From assembly GCA_963743725.1 (NCBI GenBank), contig CAVURH010000008.1:924-64923 (forward strand): a stretch of DNA of 64,000 nucleotides, in the 5' to 3' direction. This stretch comes from an uncultured Solirubrobacterales bacterium. Lineage in GTDB: Bacteria > Actinomycetota > Thermoleophilia > Solirubrobacterales > Solirubrobacteraceae. The notes beneath the pieces are model-generated. The model was not told the DNA's origin. It worked only from the letters and a program-made list of their open reading frames with translations, and made no database searches. Positions 29,293 to 39,579 of this stretch are shown here, one piece after another. The first letter of the stretch is position 1, and each line of letters begins with the position of its first letter. Position numbers and translations under genes: made by a program.

Positions 29293-29313
29293 CGACTCGT
29301 CCCTAGCGAGTCG
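29293..29313. terminator. 7-bp hairpin between convergent sigma and msrA genes
   Basis: cgactcg pairs with cgagtcg across a 7-nt loop that contains the msrA stop codon. Confidence 0.3.
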
Positions 29314-29842
29314 ACGGCACCTCGATCGTGACGCCACAGGCCGCGTAACCCGAGCGCTCGAAGTAGCGCTGGTGGTACTCCTCGGCGCGGTAGAAGGTCG
29401 TCGCCGGGACGATCTCGGTCACGATCGGCTTGACGAGCGACTCCTGCTCGGACTCGCGCGTGGCGAGCGCGAGGCGCTCCTGCTCCGGATCGTGGAAGAA
29501 GATCGCGGAGCGGTACTGGCTCCCGAGATCCCAACCCTGACGGTTCAGGGTGGTCGGGTTGTGGATGTGCCAGAAGGTGTCGAGCAGCTGCCGGTAGCTC
29601 ACCGTCGCCGGGTCGAACACGACCTCGACGGCCTCGGCGTGGCCAGTCGCGCCGCCACACACCTGCTCGTAGGTCGGATCAGCGGTCGTGCCGCCGGTGT
29701 AGCCGACGGTCACGTCGAGCACGCCGTCGAGCTCGCGGAAGGCAGCCTCGACGCCCCAGAAGCAGCCGGCGGCGAACGTCGCGCGCTGGGCGCCGTCGGG
29801 GCGTGCCGAGGTGACGGGGAGGTCATCACTCAAGTGGGTCAT
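29303..29842 (-). CDS. msrA: Peptide-methionine (S)-S-oxide reductase MsrA
   Basis: 179 aa from the ATG at 29842, with AAAGGA 5 nt upstream. [48 protein letters not shown]. Confidence 0.9.
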   Translation of the reverse strand: MTHLSDDLPVTSARPDGAQRATFAAGCFWGVEAAFRELDGVLDVTVGYTGGTTADPTYEQVCGGATGHAEAVEVVFDPATVSYRQLLDTFWHIHNPTTLNRQGWDLGSQYRSAIFFHDPEQERLALATRESEQESLVKPIVTEIVPATTFYRAEEYHQRYFERSGYAACGVTIEVPSTR

Positions 29843-29882
29843 TGGGTCCTTTCGATCAAAGGCAGGAAGCATTCACCCCAAT

Positions 29883-29909
29883 AGACCCTCGGCACGCCCC
29901 AAACGGTTC
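29883..29909 (-). promoter_or_regulatory. ECF-type promoter upstream of msrA (GAACC-N17-GGTCT)
   Basis: The minus strand reads GAACCgtttggggcgtgccgagGGTCTatt. It shares the extended GAACCGTTTGGG(G)CG block with the msrB promoter. Confidence 0.5.
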
Positions 29910-29946
29910 TTGCTGGCGCCCAGCGACGATCATTGGCGCGCTCGAA

Positions 29947-30864
29947 TTACGACCGGGCGCGCTGAACGGATCCGTTCGCTTCGACCATAGCCTCGCGCAA
30001 CGCCTGCTTGAAGGACCGTGGCTGGAAGTCGAAGAGCGCCATTCCGGACGGGTCTGTGACCGTCGTGTCGGTGGAGAGCCCTTCGATCAATGGCCTCGCA
30101 ACGCCCGCGTCGACCGGTGTGATCAGGCCGATCCAATGCGACGAAAGCCATGGTGTGAGCAGCGGAACCGGAATGCGTGGGCGTCGTCGCAATCCCAACG
30201 CATCGGCCATCTGGTCGAGCATCTGGCCATAGGTGAGTACCTCTGCCGAGCCGATCTGGATCTCACGGGAGCGCGTCTCGGGTATAAGAGGGCAGTCGAT
30301 TAGGTACCGCAGCACATCGCTGATCGCGATGGCCTGCGTGGGCGTGGCCAGCCAAGACGGGGCAAGCATCACCGGTAGCCGCTCCACAAGGGAGCGCAAG
30401 GTTCGGTAGCTCTCGGAGCCGGCGCCGACGACCATGCCGGCACGGAACCAGGTCAGTGGTGGTCCCTCGTCGCGCAGGATCTCACCGACGCGCAGTCGCG
30501 ACCGCAGATGCTGAGATCCAGGGCGATCCCCGAGACCGCCGAGGTACACGACCCGGTCGATCCCACTGGCGGTCGCGAAGCGGGCGAAGTTCGACGCGGC
30601 GCTGGCGTCGCGCTGTTCATAGTCCGAGCTGCCTCCCCGACCCATCGAGTGAACGAGGTAGTAGGCCGTCGTGTAGCCGTCGCCGATCGCGCTCAGCGAG
30701 CTCGGATCGAGCATGTCGCCCCGATGTACGGTGACAACTGGATCGAAGCTAACCCGGCTCGGGTCGCGCGCAACGCACCCGACCTGCTCGCCGAGCGCAT
30801 GAAGCTCGCTCACCAGTCGGCTGCCTATGTAACCGGAGGCGCCGGTAACGAGCGCACGGACCAT
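29947..30864 (-). CDS. NAD(P)-binding NmrA/atypical SDR family protein
   Basis: 305 aa. N-terminal MVRALVTGASGYIGSRLVSEL. Confidence 0.8.
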   Translation of the reverse strand: MVRALVTGASGYIGSRLVSELHALGEQVGCVARDPSRVSFDPVVTVHRGDMLDPSSLSAIGDGYTTAYYLVHSMGRGGSSDYEQRDASAASNFARFATASGIDRVVYLGGLGDRPGSQHLRSRLRVGEILRDEGPPLTWFRAGMVVGAGSESYRTLRSLVERLPVMLAPSWLATPTQAIAISDVLRYLIDCPLIPETRSREIQIGSAEVLTYGQMLDQMADALGLRRRPRIPVPLLTPWLSSHWIGLITPVDAGVARPLIEGLSTDTTVTDPSGMALFDFQPRSFKQALREAMVEANGSVQRARS

Positions 30865-30938
30865 GCAGGATGAGCAGCATACGCTGCTGGCGTGCGCGCG
30901 CGGTCAAATCAGACGCGGCGCGCGGTAAACCCAGCGGG

Positions 30939-32903
30939 TCACACCGTCAGCGCCGTACGGAGCTCCGCGGGGAGCTCGGCGATGTCCTCGGGCTGCGTCG
31001 GACGGCGTGCCGCAATCGCCGAGCCCGGCCGCGCTCGCTGGCTCGATGGCCGACAGGCCCGGCCGTTGGCGAGGATCACCCCGTCGCTGCAGTGGGCCTC
31101 GACCACTCCGTCGCCGAACTGCTCTTCATAGAGACGCGCGTAAATGCCACCCTCGGCGAGCAGTTCGTCGTGGGTTCCGCGCTCGACGATCATGCCGCGC
31201 TCGATCGCGAAGATCACGTCAGCGTTACGGATCGTCGATAGCCGGTGGGCGATCGCGATCGTGGTGCGGCGTTGCATCAGCGCCTCCAGCGCCCGCTGCA
31301 CGACGCGCTCGCTCTCGGTGTCCAGCGCCGAGGTGGCCTCATCAAGGATCAGGATCGGCGGGTCCTCCAGGATCACCCGGGCGATTGCCAGCCGCTGGCG
31401 CTCACCGCCCGAGAACCGGTACCCGCGTTCCCCGACCACCGTGTTGTATCCGTCCTCGAGAGCGATGATGCGGTCGTGAATGAAGGCGGCCTTCGCGGCG
31501 GCCACAACCTCCTCCTCGGTCGCGTCCGGCCGCCCGTAGCTGATGTTCTCGCGCACCGTGCCGCCGAACAGGTAGCTCTCCTGGGTCACCACGCCGACCG
31601 CGCCCGCGATCGTCGCGGAGCTCAGGTCGCGCACGTCGTGACCGTCGATCTTGACGGCCCCGCGCTCGACGTCGTAGAGCCTCGGAACCAGGTAGGAGAT
31701 CGTCGTCTTGCCCGCGCCGGATGGCCCTACCAGCGCCGCGAGCTGCCCCGGCGCGACGAGCATCGACACGTCTCGCAACGCCTCTTCCGGCGCCGCCGGC
31801 CCGCCGTCCTCACCAGCGCCATAGCGGAACGACACCTGCTCGAGCGCCACCTCTCCTCGGATCTCGGTCGGGGCCAGGCTGAGCGCATCCTCGCGGTCGC
31901 TGATCCGCGGGCGAAGGTCGATCAGCTCGAAGATCCGGCCGAACAGCGCCAGCGACGACTGAACGTCAACCGAGACCTGCAGCAGCTGGTTGATCGGGAT
32001 CAGCAGCCGGCTCTGCAGGGTCGTGAACGCCACCAGCGTCCCCGCCGACAGGTCGCCCTTCGTGCCCTGCAGACCGGCCACCAGATACACGAGCGCGGGG
32101 CTGATCCCGAAGAACGCCTGGGTAACGGCGAAGAACGAGCGACCCACCATCGCCTGGCGGACCTGCAGCTCGGCCTGGTTGGCGTTCTCGACGCGGTAGC
32201 GGTCGACCTCGTGCGCCTGTCGGCCGAACACCTTGGACAACAGAATTCCCGACACCGACAACGTCTCCTGGGTGATCGAACCCATCGACGCAAGCGAAGC
32301 CTGGGCCTCGCTCCGGGCTCTGCGCCGCGCGCGTCCGACTCGACGACTGAACAGTACGAATACCGGCGTGACGGCCAGCGATATGGCCGTCAGCAGCGGC
32401 GAGAGCACCAGCATCGCCACCACTGACGAGACCAGCGTGACCAGGTTGCTGACAACCGACGACGCGGTCGACGTGATCGTCGTCTGCACACCGCCGACGT
32501 CGTTGGCCAGCCTGGACTGAACCTCTCCGCTGCGAGTGGCCGTGTAGAACGCCAGCGAAAGCTTTTCGAGGTGCTCGAACAGCCGGTCGCGCAGCTCCTG
32601 CAGCACACGGTTGCCCACGACCTCGGTCAGATACACCTGGGCTATGTTCAGGATCCCGTTGATGATCGGGATCGCGATCAGCGCAGCCACCAGCGGGTAC
32701 AGCGCGCCGAGGTCGGGGCCACCCTGAACGAACAGAGCCTTGTCGAACACCTGGCGGACCAGCAGCGCGCCGATCACGCTCAGCACCGACGTCGTCACGA
32801 TCGTGAGGATGATCAGCGCCAGCGCACCGCGATGGGGGCGAAACAGGCGCACGACTCTGCGGCCGAGCCTCGGCGGCTCGGCTTGCAAAACGGAGGCAAT
32901 CAT
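30939..32903 (-). CDS. ABC exporter, fused permease/ATPase (MsbA/MdlB-like)
   Basis: 654 aa. Six-TM N-domain. Walker A GPSGAGKTT, signature FSGGERQRLAIAR, Walker B ILILDEATSALD. About 45 aa of unconserved C-terminal tail. Confidence 0.9.
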   Translation of the reverse strand: MIASVLQAEPPRLGRRVVRLFRPHRGALALIILTIVTTSVLSVIGALLVRQVFDKALFVQGGPDLGALYPLVAALIAIPIINGILNIAQVYLTEVVGNRVLQELRDRLFEHLEKLSLAFYTATRSGEVQSRLANDVGGVQTTITSTASSVVSNLVTLVSSVVAMLVLSPLLTAISLAVTPVFVLFSRRVGRARRRARSEAQASLASMGSITQETLSVSGILLSKVFGRQAHEVDRYRVENANQAELQVRQAMVGRSFFAVTQAFFGISPALVYLVAGLQGTKGDLSAGTLVAFTTLQSRLLIPINQLLQVSVDVQSSLALFGRIFELIDLRPRISDREDALSLAPTEIRGEVALEQVSFRYGAGEDGGPAAPEEALRDVSMLVAPGQLAALVGPSGAGKTTISYLVPRLYDVERGAVKIDGHDVRDLSSATIAGAVGVVTQESYLFGGTVRENISYGRPDATEEEVVAAAKAAFIHDRIIALEDGYNTVVGERGYRFSGGERQRLAIARVILEDPPILILDEATSALDTESERVVQRALEALMQRRTTIAIAHRLSTIRNADVIFAIERGMIVERGTHDELLAEGGIYARLYEEQFGDGVVEAHCSDGVILANGRACRPSSQRARPGSAIAARRPTQPEDIAELPAELRTALTV

Positions 32904-32980
32904 GGCCGCGAGCCTAGCCCACCACGTTGCCAGGGATCACTGCTGATTGGCCGCCGGCTTTGCGGTGTTACCGTCGGGGG

Positions 32981-34573
32981 ATGGCCGAGGTCGATAGCCG
33001 CGGCACCGATCGGAATGCGACGCATCTGATGTCACTGGCCTCGACGGATCGCGAACCGAATCGATGGGCGGTGCTGGCCCTGCTCGGCGTTGCGCAGCTG
33101 ATGGTGGTGCTGGACGCGACGATCGTGACCATCGCGATTCCTTCGGCCCAGAATGCGCTGCATTTCTCTACCGAGAGCCGGCAGTGGATCGTCACCGCGT
33201 ACGCGCTGGCCTTCGGCAGCCTATTGCTGCTGGGTGGCAAGCTCGGTGATCTGTTCGGGCGCAAGTGGACGCTGATCGCCGGCCTGGTCGGGTTCTCGAT
33301 CGCCTCGGCGATCGGCGGTCTGGCCCAGTCCTTCGGCGTACTCGTGGCCGCTCGAACGCTCCAGGGGGCATTCGGCGCGCTGCTCGCACCCTCGGCGCTG
33401 GGGTTGCTGACGGTTACGTTCGAGGGATCTCCTGACCGGCCCAAGGCGTTCGGGATCTTCGGTGCGATCGCGGGCGGTGGCGCCTCGCTCGGGCTGATCC
33501 TTGGGGGCGCGCTCACCCAAGTCTTGTCCTGGCGCTGGTGCCTGTATGTCAACGTTGTGATCGCAGTGCCCACGACGATCGTGGCGTTGCGCCTGCTGGT
33601 CAATCACCGCGCACCCGACCGGGACCCGATCGACATCCCCGGGGTTCTCACCTCAGCGCTCGGCCTGTTCGCGCTGGTGTACGGGTTCTCCAACGCCGAG
33701 ACGCACTCCTGGAGTGCAACGGCCACGATCGTGGCGCTCGTCGCCTGCCCAGTGCTCCTGACGGCCTTTGTGCTGATCGAGCGCCGAGCCAAGCATCCGT
33801 TGCTGCCCCTGCACATCATCTGGGACCGGGCGCGCGGCGGCGCGTACACCACGATCGCGCTGGCCGGCGCGGGCACCCTTGCCGTATTTCTGTTTCTCTC
33901 CTACTTCCTGCAGCAGCAGCTCGGCCTTTCGCCGCTCACCACCGGACTCGCGTTCCTCCCGCTGACCGGCATTCTGGTGGTCACCTCGACCACCGTGCAG
34001 ACCCGCGTGATCCAACGCACCGGGGTCAAGCCGCTGGTACTTGCTGGCACGACGCTCGGGGCGATCGGGATGTTCCTGTTCACGCGCCTGACGCCCGGCT
34101 CCAGCTACGCCGGCAATGTCCTTCCCGGTCTGCTCGTCCTCGGCGTCGGGATGGGATGCATCTTCGCGCCGGCGTTCTCAACGGCGACCCTGGGTGTGGA
34201 GGGACGCGAGGCCGGGGTCGCCTCGGCGATGGTCAACACCTCCCAACAGGTCGGCGGGTCGGTCGGCACCTCCCTACTGAGCACGATCTTCGCCAGCGCA
34301 GTGGCCAGCTACACGTCCAGTCACCTTCGCACACCCGGCCTGGCTAACGCCGCGGCCGTCCACGGCTACACCACGGCGTTCTGGTGGGCGGTCGGAATCT
34401 TCGCTCTCGGCTTCGTTCTGGCGTTGGTGATCCTGCCGGGCCGGGCCAAGCCCCGCGTGCCCACCCTTCGGGCTGCGCTCGCCCGTCTCGCGATCGGCAA
34501 CTGCCAGTACTTCGAGGCGGCGAAGCGCGCCCGGCATGAGCCTGACGCTACGACGGGTGCTGGGCCGCGATGA
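32981..34573 (+). CDS. MFS transporter, DHA2 (EmrB/QacA, 14-TMS) family
   Basis: LLGVAQLMVVLDATIVTIAIPS and LLLGGKLGDLFGRKW motifs. The start could be 32981 or 33029. Confidence 0.85.
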   Translation: MAEVDSRGTDRNATHLMSLASTDREPNRWAVLALLGVAQLMVVLDATIVTIAIPSAQNALHFSTESRQWIVTAYALAFGSLLLLGGKLGDLFGRKWTLIAGLVGFSIASAIGGLAQSFGVLVAARTLQGAFGALLAPSALGLLTVTFEGSPDRPKAFGIFGAIAGGGASLGLILGGALTQVLSWRWCLYVNVVIAVPTTIVALRLLVNHRAPDRDPIDIPGVLTSALGLFALVYGFSNAETHSWSATATIVALVACPVLLTAFVLIERRAKHPLLPLHIIWDRARGGAYTTIALAGAGTLAVFLFLSYFLQQQLGLSPLTTGLAFLPLTGILVVTSTTVQTRVIQRTGVKPLVLAGTTLGAIGMFLFTRLTPGSSYAGNVLPGLLVLGVGMGCIFAPAFSTATLGVEGREAGVASAMVNTSQQVGGSVGTSLLSTIFASAVASYTSSHLRTPGLANAAAVHGYTTAFWWAVGIFALGFVLALVILPGRAKPRVPTLRAALARLAIGNCQYFEAAKRARHEPDATTGAGPR

Positions 34574-34641
34574 GCACCGGCCGCTTATATGACGCGCCCG
34601 AGATCCGGCTGCGTTCGCGGCGTGGTGAGCGGCGGATGCGG

Positions 34642-35457
34642 TCAGGTGCGGTATGGCGCCCATTGGAAGCGGCGAAGCGCGACCGCGGCGCCCACCACAC
34701 CCCAGATCACGACGATCAGCAGGTCGTGTCCGGACCAGGCGGAGCTCCCGGGATGGTCGAAGGTCTTGAACACGGCGGTGATGAAGTGGCGGATCGGGAA
34801 GAAGGTCGAGATCTTGGCCAGCGCCGAGCCGGACTTGAGCGGGAACCACAGGCCTGACAGGAACAGAAGTACGAAGAACACGGTGCTGGTCACCGGACCG
34901 GCGGCCTGCTGGTTGGGGATGAATGTGCTCATCGCGATCCCGAGCGCGGCGAAGCTGAGCCCACCGAGTATGAGCACGACGACCAGGGCACCGATCCCCG
35001 ATGGGCTCGACGGCAGCTGAACCCCAAACGCCCAGCGTCCCACCGCGAGCATCAGCACGACCTGAGAGAACGCGATCAACAGCGTGCTGAGCAGGATTGC
35101 GGTCAAGAGCGTCCAGGTGGGTAGCGGACTCAGCCGCAGGCGTTTGAGTAGCCCAGTCTCCCGGCGGATGACCAGAGTGATCGCCAGGCTGTTGAACGAC
35201 GCGGACATCACGCCGTAGGCGATGAAGCCCGGGACGTAGTACTGGACAAGCTTGATGTTGTGTAGGTAGCTGACGCGCGCGGACCCGGCGCTCGCGCCCA
35301 GCAGCAACAGGAACAGGAGCGAAAACCCAACCGTGAAGATCGCCCCGACCGGGTTCAGCCAGAAGGACAGCTGCTCGTAGCGGACCTGCCTGAGCACGAG
35401 CCGGAGCTCCGCCATCGCCGAGCGAGCCGACAGGATCGATTCGGTCCGCGCGCTCAA
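34642..35457 (-). CDS. ABC-2 type transporter permease
   Basis: 271 aa, six TM segments. ATGA-type overlap with the upstream ATPase gene. Confidence 0.85.
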   Translation of the reverse strand: MSARTESILSARSAMAELRLVLRQVRYEQLSFWLNPVGAIFTVGFSLLFLLLLGASAGSARVSYLHNIKLVQYYVPGFIAYGVMSASFNSLAITLVIRRETGLLKRLRLSPLPTWTLLTAILLSTLLIAFSQVVLMLAVGRWAFGVQLPSSPSGIGALVVVLILGGLSFAALGIAMSTFIPNQQAAGPVTSTVFFVLLFLSGLWFPLKSGSALAKISTFFPIRHFITAVFKTFDHPGSSAWSGHDLLIVVIWGVVGAAVALRRFQWAPYRT

Positions 35458-36398
35458 CCTCGGACCGGCGCTCCCCCCGCCGAGTCGGTCTGCAATCGGT
35501 CTGGGTCAGCGCCGGTCAACTGCAGGTAGACGTCCTCGAGCGTGTGACGGCTGACGGTCAGTCCGGTCACCCGGACTTCATGCTCAAGCGCCCACCTGGT
35601 CAGCTCGTAGAGCACCTCGAGCTCACGGTCAGTCCGCAGCTCGACGGACCGCCCATCGCCGGCGACCGTCACGGGCAGGTCCGAGGGCGTGACACCAGCG
35701 GGTAGCTGGAAGCGGATCGTTGCCGCACCCTGGTCGCGACCGCCCAGGGACGCCGGCGGCCCGTGGGCCACAATCTTGCCCGAGGCGATGATCGCTACTT
35801 GGTCGGCCAGCGCCTCGGCCTCCTCCATGTAGTGCGTAGTCAGGATCACCGTTGTGCCCTCGCTGGCGAGCCTGCGCACCAGCTCCCAGGACGTTCGCCG
35901 CCCCGCGGGATCAAGTCCGGTGGTCGGCTCATCAAGGAACAACAGCGCGGGATTGCCCACAATCCCCAGGCCAACATCCAGCCGTCGCTGCTGACCACCC
36001 GAGAGCGTCTTGACCTTCGCGTCGGCCTTCTCCGCCAGGCCGATCAGCTCGATCACCTCGCCCACCGACCGCGGCGCCGGGTAATAGCCGGCGTTGCGCT
36101 CGAGCACCTGGCGCACGGACAGAAACGGCTCCACCGCAAGCTCCTGCAAGACGACCCCGAGCTGGCTGCGGAGGCGCTGCCCGGATCGGCGATCCCCAGG
36201 GTCGATCCCCAGCACCCGCACCTCACCCGCGTCGCGGTCGCGGAATCCCTCCAGGATCTCGATCGTCGTCGTCTTGCCCGCCCCATTGGGACCCAGGAGC
36301 GCGAACACCTCGCCCGCCTCGACCTCGAAGCTCACCCCATCGACGGCGCGGACCGGTCCATACGACCTGACCAATCCACGAACGCTCACCGCATGCAC
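35454..36398 (-). CDS. ABC transporter ATP-binding protein (DrrA-like)
   Basis: 314 aa. GPNGAGKTT, LSGGQQRRLDVGLG, LLFLDEPTTGLD. Confidence 0.9.
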   Translation of the reverse strand: MHAVSVRGLVRSYGPVRAVDGVSFEVEAGEVFALLGPNGAGKTTTIEILEGFRDRDAGEVRVLGIDPGDRRSGQRLRSQLGVVLQELAVEPFLSVRQVLERNAGYYPAPRSVGEVIELIGLAEKADAKVKTLSGGQQRRLDVGLGIVGNPALLFLDEPTTGLDPAGRRTSWELVRRLASEGTTVILTTHYMEEAEALADQVAIIASGKIVAHGPPASLGGRDQGAATIRFQLPAGVTPSDLPVTVAGDGRSVELRTDRELEVLYELTRWALEHEVRVTGLTVSRHTLEDVYLQLTGADPDRLQTDSAGGAPVRG

Positions 36399-36614
36399 GC
36401 TCTACACCCCCGCAAGAGATTCGCTCTGAATGCGCGCGGTATAACTGGACACGAGCGGCATCCCACCATAGCGAGAGGCAACCAGGGCGACGGGACGATT
36501 TGGGCGCCATGTGCGTGATTCCATGTCGAGAAGCGCCGGCCGGCTCCGCTCAGCAGCTGACGGGCCTCGACAGGCGCGGCCTACGACACCGGCAGGGCCC
36601 CGGAGGAGTACCTC

Positions 36615-37055
36615 ATGTCTCACATACGACGTTTCGACCATGTTGGCATCACCGTCGCGGACCTCGACACCGTGACGGCGTTCTTTGTCGGGCTGGGCCT
36701 CGAGGTTGAGGGCCGGACGTTCGTAGAGGGCGAGTTCGTGGACACCGTCATCGGCATCCCCGGCTCCCGCAGCCACATCGTCATGCTGCGGCCGCCCGAC
36801 GGAGGTCCCGGGCTGGAGCTGTCGAGCTTCGTCCGGCCGGACCACGAGCCAGGGTCGCCCACCGCCATGGCCAACGAACTGGGGCTGCGCAACGTTTCAT
36901 TCGAAGTCGACGACCTGCAGGCGACGGTCGACCGGCTGGCTGCGGACGGCTACGGCCTGGTCGGCGGCATCGGTCAGTACGAGAACATCTGGCGCATGGC
37001 ATACGTGCGCGGGCCAGAGGGGATCATCGTGTCCCTGGCTGAGCGGATCGGCTGA
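36615..37055 (+). CDS. VOC/glyoxalase-family protein
   Basis: 146 aa. RFDHVGITVADLDTVTAFFVGLGLE..GLRNVSFEVDDLQATVDRL. Confidence 0.85.
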   Translation: MSHIRRFDHVGITVADLDTVTAFFVGLGLEVEGRTFVEGEFVDTVIGIPGSRSHIVMLRPPDGGPGLELSSFVRPDHEPGSPTAMANELGLRNVSFEVDDLQATVDRLAADGYGLVGGIGQYENIWRMAYVRGPEGIIVSLAERIG

Positions 37056-37174
37056 CGTCCCACTCCCCGGCGGCCAGCGCCGTCGCAGCGCCCGCTGATG
37101 TCGCAGCCGGATCGATGCTTGGATACTGTCGCTGGCGCCGAGCGCTCCGAGACGCTCCGCTAGCTTTCAGCCAG

Positions 37175-37660
37175 ATGGGTGATGGGACGCCGACCATCTA
37201 CGAGTGGGCCGGAGGCCGCGAGGCGTTCGCGCGTTGGCTGAACCGTTTTTACGACCTTGTCGAGCGCGAGGCTCCCGAGATTGCGGCGATGTTCGGCGGG
37301 AAGGTGAGCGAACAGCATCGCACCCACGTGACCGACTGGTGGGCGGAGGTGATGGGCGGCCCGACCGTGTACAGCGATCAGCGCGGAGGCTACGAGAACA
37401 TGCTCGCCCGCCACCACAATCTCGCGATCACTCCCGAGCAGCGGCTGACCTTTGTGACTCTGCTGAGCCGCGCTGCCGACGACGCCGTCCTTCCATCCGA
37501 CCCGGAGTTCCGCGCCGCGATCATGGGTTACGCGGAGTGGGGCACGCGCCTGGCGATGCACAACTCGCAGCCCGATGTGCAGACGGTCGCGCACGCTCCG
37601 GTGCCACGTTGGGGCTGGGGAGTCGCCCCGCCCTACGAGCCTGCCGGCGACTCGACCTGA
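37175..37660 (+). CDS. Truncated-hemoglobin-like globin
   Basis: 161 aa from MGDGTP. TIYEWAGGREAFARWLNRFYDLV..HVTDWWAEVMGGPTVYS..MLARHHNLAITPEQR. Confidence 0.7.
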   Translation: MGDGTPTIYEWAGGREAFARWLNRFYDLVEREAPEIAAMFGGKVSEQHRTHVTDWWAEVMGGPTVYSDQRGGYENMLARHHNLAITPEQRLTFVTLLSRAADDAVLPSDPEFRAAIMGYAEWGTRLAMHNSQPDVQTVAHAPVPRWGWGVAPPYEPAGDST

Positions 37661-37663
37661 CCC

Positions 37664-38846
37664 TCACCCCAGGCGCCCGTCCCAGCCGCGCCCCAGCGCA
37701 AAGCGGGCTCCGATCGTCCACGCCTGGGCATGGTTGGCGACCGCGATCCGCTCGAGCCCGCGTTCGGTAACCGCGTAGAGCTCGGAGGCATCGCCGAGCC
37801 GATCCAGGGCCTCCAGCACGCCCTGGCGAACCCGTTCCGCCTCGTTCTCGCGGCCCGCCGCTCTCAGGCCGCCCCAGCCGATCCAGGAATCGAACGGCCA
37901 CACGCCGCCCCGGTGGTAGGCGTACGGGTCGAACTGCGGATGGTTCGCGGAGAGCGTTCGCAGGCCAAAGTCCGTGAGGATGTCGGGATCGCACAGCCGG
38001 CTCGCGTAGGCCGCGCGCTCGGCTGAGGGCAGCGCATCCGCCCACAGCAGCCAGCCAAGCTGTGAGCCGGCGCCCGCGACCCGCCGGCCCCGGCCATCAA
38101 GCGCCATCGTCTCGGGGGAGAGCTTCTCCGCGATCAGCGCCGCCATCTCCTCGGCCCGGCGATGCCAGCGATCATCGCCTGACAACCGACGCGTCGCGCG
38201 CAGCGCGGCCACCGCGACGGCCTGGCTGTCGGCATCGGCAAGCGGCGGCTCGGGAACCCCGCCGTCTGCGTTCAGAATTCCAGGTCCATGCCCGGCGAGC
38301 GGATCCTCCGCATCGCGCCATCCTTGCTGCACGAGGCCCCCGGAGTGCTGCCCGCGGGCCGTGGCGGACCAGCCCTCCTCCTCGCTCGAGCGCCTGCGCG
38401 AGCCAGCGGGCGGCCCTGCGCCAGGCCGCAGACAATTCGTCGGCGAGAGCGCGGTCGCCCATCGCTGCCATCAGGACGAGAAACCACGAGGTTCCGTCCG
38501 CCGATCCGTAGTAGCGAAGCTGTCCATCACGCAGCGGCCACCCGGTCTGCGCGAACCGCGGCTCCGGTTGCGGGCGGTACTCGTGCACGATCTTCCCCGG
38601 CTCCTCGTCGTTCTCAGGATCAATCTGTCGCGCCTGGAGCTGAGCGAGGATTCTGAGCGTGGCGCGCGCGACCTCCGGTTGAGCTGGAAGCACCTGCAGC
38701 GAGGTAATCAGCGAATCGCGACCGAACAGCGCGTGAAAGCGGCCCGGATCGTCGGGGTTCAGCGGCTGTGTCGACGCGAACGGCCAGCCGTCGGGTGCGA
38801 GGATCGATTCGGTCAGTACGCGGTCGCCGGGCTGAAGCGAGGTCAT
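37664..38846 (-). pseudogene. Amylo-alpha-1,6-glucosidase (GDE_C, six-hairpin) family protein, frameshift around 38340-38400
   Basis: The N-terminal part (..FHALFGRDSLITSLQVL..YYGSADGTSWFLVLM..) is in ORF 38172..38846. The C-terminal part (GGLVQQGWRDAEDP..YHRGGVWPFDSW..NHAQAWT) is in ORF 37664..38332. Length is 1183 nt, which is 3n+1. Confidence 0.7.
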
Positions 38847-38993
38847 GGTGGCAGCGGAGTCCTACCGCAATGCTCCCGGCGATACGTCGAGCCCAAGGAG
38901 GGCGGCGCTGTACGGCGAGAGAGGCGCATCGCGTCCGAGCGTCCGGTCGATCGGCTTTCGCGGGTCGTCCGGCGTTTCGGCGACGATTGCTCG

Positions 38994-39557
38994 GTGACAC
39001 CGGAGACACTGCACGACTTCTTCGTTGCGTCTGCCGGAGTAGCGGGCGCCCTGATCGGTCTGCTGTTTGTCGCGGTCTCGGTGTCTCACGATCGGTTGAT
39101 CGCCGAGGACACGGAGTACGTGCACCGGGTGAGGGCGTCGGCCGCGCTGACGTCGTTCACAAACGCCCTCTCGATCTCGCTGTTTGCGTTGGTCCCGGGT
39201 GTCGGACTGGGTGACACAGCCGTCGTGGTCGGCGCGGTCGGTCTGCTGTTCGTGGTCGCGTCGCTGCTCTCGCTTATTCGCGTACGCGCGGCACAACCGG
39301 TGTCCGGGCGCGATCTCTTCTTTCTCGTGAGCTTGGTGGTCACGTGCGGATTGGAGGTCTTCTTCGGGGTGAGGCTCGCGTCGCGCGGGCACGATCCCTC
39401 TGCCGCTGACACGATCGCGGCGGCCGTCGTCGTCTGCTTCCTGATTGGCGTGGCGCGCTCGTGGGAGCTCGTCGGCGGCCCGTCATTCGCGGTCTTCAGC
39501 GAAGTTCGGGGGCTTGTGGTGAGCGCACGCGGCGTGCACGAAGAGCCCGATCCTTAG
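38994..39557 (+). CDS. Hypothetical integral membrane protein
   Basis: 188 aa from the GTG at 38994, with five hydrophobic segments. The upstream part of ORF 38361..39557 overlaps the GDE gene and is not credible. Confidence 0.45.
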   Translation: MTPETLHDFFVASAGVAGALIGLLFVAVSVSHDRLIAEDTEYVHRVRASAALTSFTNALSISLFALVPGVGLGDTAVVVGAVGLLFVVASLLSLIRVRAAQPVSGRDLFFLVSLVVTCGLEVFFGVRLASRGHDPSAADTIAAAVVVCFLIGVARSWELVGGPSFAVFSEVRGLVVSARGVHEEPDP

Positions 39558-39579
39558 TCGTTCTCGACCGTCATGTCGG

